Shown here piece after piece: positions 6,410-11,733 of a DNA stretch of 11,733 nt. The notes under the pieces were generated by a model. The model ran no database searches. It saw nothing but the letters and a program-made list of their open reading frames with translations, and was not told where the DNA came from. The stretch lies in IMG/VR virus record IMGVR_UViG_3300045988_021489, one strand, 5' to 3'. The DNA comes from a virus. Position 1 is the stretch's first letter. Each line of letters starts with the position of its first letter. A program made the translations under genes and the position numbers.

Positions 6410-7540
6410 TCATTTAAGCGAAACAATGTTTGTCTTTGCGCTCGTAATTAAATAATTGCGTACTATTTCGCCTATTTCGTTATCTTGGTAGAAAACTTTG
6501 TCTATTGCGAAAAACCGTGCGACTTGTTGTTCCACGTAACTTGCCGTGCTTAACAACTTGCGTTTGTAGTTCGGTTTGCCGTTCATTTCCAAAGAATAAA
6601 TAAGGCTGTTTTCCTCATCTTTAATCGGTGTCGTTTTGGCGTGTATGTACGTGAAACATTCGTTGCCTACTTGTATAATGTTACCCTGCAAAACAACATC
6701 GTTAAACTTGATATAGTACACAAACAACACGTCTTGCGGCTTGTACTTACACGGCAAATGCGGATATACTGCAAGTTCCCACTTGCCGCCCGTAATCATC
6801 TGCAAATTTTGATTGTCGAAACAAAAATACTTGTTACTGGCTTTGTGTTGTACTATCGTGCTGCAATACTCCACCGCCACGATTGCGCCGTGTTCGCCAA
6901 AGCGGTATATATCTATCGTTCCCTGCTCCATAAACGGCACTTGCTTCAAACCCATTTCCGTAAAGTACGGGCAAAACTTGTTTACCGTGTTGCCCAACAT
7001 AAACACTTTGACATCGTTTCGCTGGCGTATTATCGTGCTTAACAAGTTCATAAATAACATAAACTCATCGGGCAAATAATACCGCCGTGTCAGAAACTCG
7101 TCAAATACTATCGTTGTAACATTCGGGTAACTGCTGCTTTTTTCGTGTTCCTGCTCTGAAAGGCAAAACCCGTAACAAAACGGGGTCGGGTCGGGTGTCC
7201 GCTTGTTTTTCTCTGCATCGTAGTAAGATAAAAACCACTTGTTCGACATATAGAACACTTCATTAAATTTGCCCTCTGTCAGTTCCTCAATAAGTCCGTT
7301 TGCCACGTGATTTGCAAACAGACTTTCGGCACGTTTGCCCCGTAAATCCTCACGCCAACGGCGTATATATGCCATTTGCTTGCCCGTCTTGATATAGTTT
7401 TCCAAACCATATTTTAAGGCGGCGTAAGTCTTGCCGTTTGACCGTTCGCCAAATATAACATTATAGTCGGCGTTCTTGCTTAAAATCGCTTTCAAGTCGT
7501 AAAATTTCGGCTTTTCTGTCTTTGTCTTTCTTGTTGTCAT
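6410..7540 (-). CDS. DNA packaging ATPase (phi29 gp16-like)
   Basis: Walker A 'VIFGERSNGKTYAAL', Walker B 'TTIVFDEFL', size 376 aa, downstream of the polymerase. Confidence 0.92.
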   Translation of the reverse strand: MTTRKTKTEKPKFYDLKAILSKNADYNVIFGERSNGKTYAALKYGLENYIKTGKQMAYIRRWREDLRGKRAESLFANHVANGLIEELTEGKFNEVFYMSNKWFLSYYDAEKNKRTPDPTPFCYGFCLSEQEHEKSSSYPNVTTIVFDEFLTRRYYLPDEFMLFMNLLSTIIRQRNDVKVFMLGNTVNKFCPYFTEMGLKQVPFMEQGTIDIYRFGEHGAIVAVEYCSTIVQHKASNKYFCFDNQNLQMITGGKWELAVYPHLPCKYKPQDVLFVYYIKFNDVVLQGNIIQVGNECFTYIHAKTTPIKDEENSLIYSLEMNGKPNYKRKLLSTASYVEQQVARFFAIDKVFYQDNEIGEIVRNYLITSAKTNIVSLK

Positions 7541-7552
7541 ACTCTTATTATT

Positions 7553-9382
7553 TTAGTCCTTAAATTTAATTCCACGCAAATAATTTATGTACATAACCGA
7601 AAGGGAAAGGCTGTATCCGGTCGGCTCTAAATGTACGCCCGTGCGTTCGTTGTAATGCGCCGTGCTGCCTTTGTAGTCGGTTATTTCGCCTTGTATCTCG
7701 TAGTCTATGTACGTATGTATGTTTTTGCCCGTTGCTTGCGGCGGTATATCCAAATAGTTGGTAAACGCATCAAAGATACCGTTTTCGCCGTACTTTTCAA
7801 TAAGATACGGTATCGCCGCCTTTTTGTTCACTCCCGACACGGTTAAACTGAAATCGTATGCCCGTCCGCCTGCTTTTAGTGCGTTGGGTTCTTGCACCAT
7901 ATAGCGTTTAGCCCCCAAAGTCTTAAACCTTGTATATGTACCCTCGAAATCCCAAACGCCCAAAGTCTTTGTTATGCCTTTTATCGTTTGCGGCTCGCAA
8001 AGCGAAAACGGCAAACCGTGGTACTTGCAGGCTGCACGTAATTTCATTTGCACCTGCATATTATAAGCCTTGAAATACGCTTCGTGCGCTTTGCCGTTCA
8101 TTATTTTAATGCTGTCGGTGTCGCTGTATATGTAATCGTCTTTCGCTTCGTGTATGCCCGTGAAAAGGTTGCGCCGTGCGTATGCGGTTACGAAAATGCC
8201 CCACGGGTAAAACAAGAAACGGTTTTTGCTGGTGTTGTACTTGTATAAAAGTTCCTGCTTTTGTTCGGCTGTCATTGAGTTAATATCCCATTCGCCGTTA
8301 TATGTAAACTCATCACGCAAAGGGTTGGTAACACTCATACCGTAACAACTGTTTAACATTTCCTTGCTGTTAAGATATTCCACTTCTTTGCCCTCAACTC
8401 CTTTTAATTTCGTCTTGCTTTCGTACAAATGAAGGATAGATTTTACAAACGGGGTCGGCAAATAGTCTTTCTTGTAACAATACATTTCACCCACACGCAT
8501 ACTTTCCCACGTATAAAAGTTTTTGATTATATTAAAATCCACGTCCGTAATTGTCAGCGCAATTTTTGAAGCCGCCACAATACGCCCGTTATTTTCGCAC
8601 GGGTTTTCTTTCACAAAACATTTGCTTGCGCTTATCGGGTTGTCTTGCGTTTCGCTGGCAAATATGTTGGTAAACTCAATATCAAACACGCAACAATACT
8701 TTGATATTAAAAACTCAAATTGCGCCATACTCTTAACCGTGATTGCAACGCCTTGCGACATCGGGTATTTTTCCGCTATCATTACATACGGGTAACTGCT
8801 TGTAAAGTCGTAACTATCCACGTTGTACATTATTTCGTCTGTATATTCGGCGATGGCGTGTGTAAAACCGCCTGCAAACGCACGTTGCAGCATATTAAAT
8901 TCATTCATACCCGTAATTTGTAATTCCTGCATCAAGTTCACGTAATCCCAATTTGGTACGGTCTTTCCTGCATCGCTTTTTTCACGCAAACAATGCGCAC
9001 GGCAATACTTGCGCACAAACCCCGTCTTTGTTATCGGTATGTGCGTTATCCCCTTGCTTTCCTCTATACGTTCCTGTATGTAGCACATCACTACTTTAAT
9101 ATCGTTTATGCAATAGTGTATTTCCGCATCAGTAAGCGGCGTTTCGCTGTGCCTTATTTGCTGGTAGTCCAAATCGCCAACGGCTTTTGCACACTTGTAT
9201 TTCATAAGTTGTTCGCCCAACTTTGCAAGCGAATAACCCGAAAGCAAGTAACTGCATCTAAACTCAATGTTGCCCGTTGTTATTGCGTAAATCGGTTTGC
9301 GCAAATCAATACTGAAAACCCGTTGCCACTCAAACCACTTGCGCAAAAACTGAAATTCGTATGAAAGGTTATGCACATACAC
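7553..9382 (-). CDS. Protein-primed family B DNA polymerase, main part (Exo II, Exo III, polymerase domain)
   Basis: YVHNLSYEFQF (Exo II region), YCINDIKVV (Exo III Yx3D), FAGGFTH (YxGG-like), DFTSSYP (motif A), KEMLNSCYG (motif B), YSDTDSI (motif C), KRY (KxY). GTG at ORF-track start is in frame with 9395-9763. Confidence 0.95.
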   Translation of the reverse strand: MYVHNLSYEFQFLRKWFEWQRVFSIDLRKPIYAITTGNIEFRCSYLLSGYSLAKLGEQLMKYKCAKAVGDLDYQQIRHSETPLTDAEIHYCINDIKVVMCYIQERIEESKGITHIPITKTGFVRKYCRAHCLREKSDAGKTVPNWDYVNLMQELQITGMNEFNMLQRAFAGGFTHAIAEYTDEIMYNVDSYDFTSSYPYVMIAEKYPMSQGVAITVKSMAQFEFLISKYCCVFDIEFTNIFASETQDNPISASKCFVKENPCENNGRIVAASKIALTITDVDFNIIKNFYTWESMRVGEMYCYKKDYLPTPFVKSILHLYESKTKLKGVEGKEVEYLNSKEMLNSCYGMSVTNPLRDEFTYNGEWDINSMTAEQKQELLYKYNTSKNRFLFYPWGIFVTAYARRNLFTGIHEAKDDYIYSDTDSIKIMNGKAHEAYFKAYNMQVQMKLRAACKYHGLPFSLCEPQTIKGITKTLGVWDFEGTYTRFKTLGAKRYMVQEPNALKAGGRAYDFSLTVSGVNKKAAIPYLIEKYGENGIFDAFTNYLDIPPQATGKNIHTYIDYEIQGEITDYKGSTAHYNERTGVHLEPTGYSLSLSVMYINYLRGIKFKD

Positions 9383-9394
9383 AATAAGGCGTAA

Positions 9395-9763
9395 TTAGTC
9401 ATTCAGCCCTAAAACCTCGCTTACGGTCTGCATCATCGTGACAAACTCGCCCCACGTGCGCCCCATTATCGTATATCCGTTTATGCCAAACTGCCAAACG
9501 TACATTATTGCGGCTTTCTCTAATTTCGCCTTGCGCCCGTTCCCGTCCTGCATACGCTGCATTTGCTCGTATGTGTACGCCCGTCCGTCCGTATCACGGT
9601 AAAAACTTGTTGTTTCAATATCAAAGGCGCACGGGATATTGTAAAACCTTTCGCCCTTGCTGTTTCCGATAATGTTCTTTTCGTTTACGGCACGTTGCAA
9701 CACGCTTGCAATTTCGGTCGGGCTGTTTATTCTTTCTTGTAACTCAAAAGGTATTTTTTTCAT
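9395..9763 (-). CDS. N-terminal exonuclease segment (Exo I) of the same DNA polymerase
   Basis: 'CAFDIETTSFY' Exo I motif; starts with ATGA overlap with the upstream gene. Same frame as 7553-9382, separated by a single TAA (9395-9397). Confidence 0.9.
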   Translation of the reverse strand: MKKIPFELQERINSPTEIASVLQRAVNEKNIIGNSKGERFYNIPCAFDIETTSFYRDTDGRAYTYEQMQRMQDGNGRKAKLEKAAIMYVWQFGINGYTIMGRTWGEFVTMMQTVSEVLGLND

Positions 9764-10413
9764 AACCCAAACTTATTAAAGTTGCGCAATATCCGTTCTA
9801 TATCGTTTTGCATATCCTCCATTTGGTCGGCTACTTCATTTGCCTGCCTTTCTATTTCCGCATCAATCGCCCGTGATATGCTTTGCGCTTCACTTTCTAT
9901 TTGGGTGCTTATATCGCTTGCGCTTTGCTCCATTTCGCCCGTGAAATCTTTGTACCGCATCAAATAACGCTCCACGAAATCACTATCCGAAACGCTGTTT
10001 AACTTGCCTTGCAAGTTCCTTGCCATTAAATTGTACTCATCGGGCGTTAAATCGTACATACGTTGCAGGTGTTGCCCGTACTGCCTTGCACCTTGCGCCG
10101 TACTTGTCGGCTGGCGTAAAAACGAAATCGCCTTGCCGTACTCAATTTTTAGGGTGTTCCAATCGCCTTTCATTGAAAACTTGGTAAACCCTTTTACATC
10201 GCCTTTGTTTAACGCTTGCACGGCTGGCGAAAGTTGTCCGCTTTGCTCTATATTCTGTATTCGGCGGTTCGCCATTTGGAAAACCCTTGCAATCTCTTTT
10301 CTATATTCGGGGCTGCTTTCCACGGCTTGCAATATCTCTTTTTTGATTTTCGCCCGTTGGGTTGCTCCAAATACAGACTTTGTAAATTTAATCTTGAAAC
10401 CTAACTTTGCCAT
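9760..10413 (-). CDS. Candidate terminal protein (phi29 gp3-like position)
   Basis: 217 aa charged, helical protein immediately upstream of and overlapping the protein-primed polymerase. Assignment rests on synteny, not recognised homology. Confidence 0.55.
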   Translation of the reverse strand: MAKLGFKIKFTKSVFGATQRAKIKKEILQAVESSPEYRKEIARVFQMANRRIQNIEQSGQLSPAVQALNKGDVKGFTKFSMKGDWNTLKIEYGKAISFLRQPTSTAQGARQYGQHLQRMYDLTPDEYNLMARNLQGKLNSVSDSDFVERYLMRYKDFTGEMEQSASDISTQIESEAQSISRAIDAEIERQANEVADQMEDMQNDIERILRNFNKFGL

Positions 10414-10430
10414 AACGGTATTATATTAAA

Positions 10431-10457
10431 TAGGGGTTGCAAACATTGCAACCCCTA
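10431..10457. promoter_or_regulatory. Perfect 12-bp stem palindrome upstream of the candidate terminal protein gene
   Basis: TAGGGGTTGCAA (10431-10442) ACA TTGCAACCCCTA (10446-10457). Weak U-tract; a minus-strand TAACTTTG -7-like motif lies immediately upstream (10465-10458). Confidence 0.6.
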
Positions 10458-10484
10458 CAAAGTTAAACATAACTTTCCAAACTC

Positions 10485-10841
10485 TTACAAGTCCACAAAC
10501 GAAATAGAATAACACTTCTTGCCGTGGCTCTCGTACTCGTAAATCGTGTACCCGACTTTGCCGTCTTTGATAGTTTGTACCGCCTCATCATCGGCAAGTA
10601 TTTCACGCACCGTTTCGGCGGTGTGGCTTGGCAGGTTCACCAGCCGTTTGTTTTCCTCATCAATAATTACGGGGCTGTCGCCTAATTGCGACTTGTGGAC
10701 ATAAAGCCCATTGATTTTGTGTACCACATCTTTGCCGCCCTCATTTTCAGAGTTGAAAATATCGGTTAACTTGGTGTACTGAAAATCGGTTGTGTCAATG
10801 CCAAACGTGGTCTTGTTAAATTTACTTGCAAAACTTTTCAT
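10485..10841 (-). CDS. Hypothetical early protein (118 aa), possible ssDNA-/DNA-binding replication protein
   Basis: ATG ORF next to replication genes; '...NGLYVHKSQLGDSPVIIDEENKRLVNLPSHTAETVREIL...GKVGYTIYEYESHGKKCYSISFVDL'. Function inferred from position only. Confidence 0.7.
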   Translation of the reverse strand: MKSFASKFNKTTFGIDTTDFQYTKLTDIFNSENEGGKDVVHKINGLYVHKSQLGDSPVIIDEENKRLVNLPSHTAETVREILADDEAVQTIKDGKVGYTIYEYESHGKKCYSISFVDL

Positions 10842-10880
10842 TGTAGTAATTCTTTTAATTGTTAAACTTGGTGTTAATTG

Positions 10881-11093
10881 TTATTCGGCTGTCTGTCCTT
10901 GCGGTTCGCCGTCAAACGGCAAATTTGGATCGGGGTTGGCTTGCGGCTTCAAGTCCATAAGCCACGCACGAAAGCGGTTTATTTTCATAACTGCCCGTTG
11001 GTTGCGGCATACTTCATTACACGCCATAAGGCTACCCAAAGCCGACAAAGCGGCAAACGAAAACTCGTCAAATGCGTTTCTTTTTTCTTCCAT
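10881..11093 (-). CDS. Hypothetical small early protein (70 aa)
   Basis: ATG ORF preceded by a leader nearly identical to that of the 10841 gene. Confidence 0.6.
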   Translation of the reverse strand: MEEKRNAFDEFSFAALSALGSLMACNEVCRNQRAVMKINRFRAWLMDLKPQANPDPNLPFDGEPQGQTAE

Positions 11094-11124
11094 TGTAGTA
11101 AACTTTTAATTGTTAAACTTATTG

Positions 11125-11355
11125 TTATTTTGTTTTTGGAAACTTCACCGTACCGCCGTGGTAGATATACGTTGTATCGGTTGTTATTATCACTGCTTTG
11201 CCGCTGCTTGCGCTTTCACGTTGTACGCTGCAACCCTGCAAGATTGCAGATAGAAACAACATCGCACCGCAAACGGCAAAAATCATTACACACATTGCAA
11301 CTTCTTTAATTGCTTCTTTCGGTTGCTCTTTGAAATGCTTTATTAACTCTTTCAT
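11125..11355 (-). CDS. Small membrane/lipoprotein-like protein (76 aa)
   Basis: Amphipathic N-terminus, TM segment 'VAMCVMIFAVCGAMLFLSAIL' ending in a lipobox-like 'LQGC'. Confidence 0.65.
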   Translation of the reverse strand: MKELIKHFKEQPKEAIKEVAMCVMIFAVCGAMLFLSAILQGCSVQRESASSGKAVIITTDTTYIYHGGTVKFPKTK

Positions 11356-11382
11356 ATTTCAACTTGTTTAAGTAACACGTTG

Positions 11383-11411
11383 CAAAGATACAACTTTTTT
11401 CAAACATACAA
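11383..11411 (-). promoter_or_regulatory. Candidate main leftward early promoter
   Basis: Minus strand TTG (11411-11409), 18-nt spacer, TATCTTTG (11390-11383), matching Bacteroides-type TAnnTTTG; just inside the right ITR and upstream of the 11355 start. Confidence 0.45.
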
Positions 11412-11463
11412 GCATAAGCGCACAAATTATTTTCGTTTTAACTTTTCTTAACTCTTGGTGTTG

Positions 11464-11479
11464 TGTTCCACGTGAAACA
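11464..11479 (-). promoter_or_regulatory. parS-like ParB-binding site 3 (right ITR)
   Basis: TGTTCCACGTGAAACA on the + strand; mirror of 255-270. Confidence 0.8.
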
Positions 11480-11505
11480 ATTTATTTTGTGCATCGGTGT
11501 GGCAG

Positions 11506-11521
11506 TGTTCCACGTGAAACA
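11506..11521 (-). promoter_or_regulatory. parS-like ParB-binding site 4 (right ITR)
   Basis: TGTTCCACGTGAAACA on the + strand; mirror of 213-228. Confidence 0.8.
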
Positions 11522-11681
11522 ATTTCACGGGCGCACACGCATAACAAAAACCGTGCCAAAGTCGGGCGCAATGTGTTAAATTTTGGTAATTGCGACCCAT
11601 AGCAAAAAGCGTGCCACAAAGTGTTTGCAAATGTTAAAAGTGCGTTGGGAAACGTTAAATAGGGGTCAGTAGCGTACCTTT

Positions 11682-11733
11682 AGATCGGAAGAGCGGTTCA
11701 GCAGGAATGCCGAGACCGATATCGTATGCCGTC
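11682..11733 (-). other. Illumina paired-end adapter/primer remnant (non-biological)
   Basis: AGATCGGAAGAGCGGTTCAGCAGGAATGCCGAGACCGATATCGTATGCCGTC is the reverse complement of 1-52 and the known PE adapter read-through sequence. Confidence 0.97.

Larger units (their letters stand above)
11460..11681 (-). repeat. Right inverted terminal repeat (222 bp), candidate protein-primed replication origin
   Basis: Reverse complement of 53-274 in the segments compared by eye (position p pairs with 11734-p). Confidence 0.95.

Noticed and set aside
6527-6545. TGTTCCACGTAAC, resembling half of a parS site
   Set aside because: Only the first part matches and it lies in the ATPase coding region; not a functional parS candidate.
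5542-10429. + strand ORFs 5542..5745, 5613..5831, 6641..7042, 6813..7079, 7631..7846, 8048..8248, 8523..8795, 8720..8923, 8993..9364, 9782..9967, 10004..10429, 10216..10404
   Set aside because: Antisense to portal, ATPase, polymerase and terminal protein genes; no family resemblance.
11448-11630. 60-aa ORF (…VKLFHVEHCHTDAQNKLFHVEHNTKS) spanning the right ITR, with an equivalent in the left ITR
   Set aside because: It starts at TTG within the ITR and its repeated FHVEH peptide is simply the translation of the parS sequence. Treated as a non-coding consequence of the repeat.
53-11681. Genome-wide reassignment of TAA as a sense codon
   Set aside because: TAA terminates most genes, including ones immediately followed in the same frame by another gene (polymerase/ATPase, collar/capsid). 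Reassignment would fuse these. TAG is not used as a stop by any accepted gene, but there are too few genes to infer recoding.
1-11733. CRISPR array, tRNA, rRNA or transposon
   Set aside because: No regularly spaced repeats with spacers, no tRNA cloverleaf or transposase-like ORF noticed.

Overview
The window looks like a complete, very small (~11.63 kb) linear genome of a phi29-like, protein-primed podovirus. Promoter-like TAnnTTTG motifs, no obvious Shine-Dalgarno reliance and protein flavour suggest a Bacteroidetes host, but this is inference. Both contig ends carry a 52-nt Illumina paired-end adapter (1-52 and 11682-11733). The biological sequence between them (53-11681) starts 5'-AAAGG on both strands and is bounded by a perfect 222-bp inverted terminal repeat (ITR). 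Apart from one small rightward gene, all genes run leftward: small early ORFs, a possible ssDNA-binding-like protein, a candidate terminal protein, protein-primed family B DNA polymerase, gp16-like packaging ATPase, YvrJ/BhlA-like holin, gp10-like portal, lower-collar candidate, major capsid, and gp9-like tail components with Ig-like repeats. The most striking signal is that each ITR carries two exact copies of a bacterial chromosomal parS site (TGTTTCACGTGGAACA, the reverse complement of TGTTCCACGTGAAACA), 42 bp apart, giving four in the genome, with no ParA/ParB encoded. Second, the two longest genes (DNA polymerase and the repeat-containing tail protein) are each split by one in-frame TAA, with protein homology or architecture apparently continuous across it, although TAA is also the normal terminator here.
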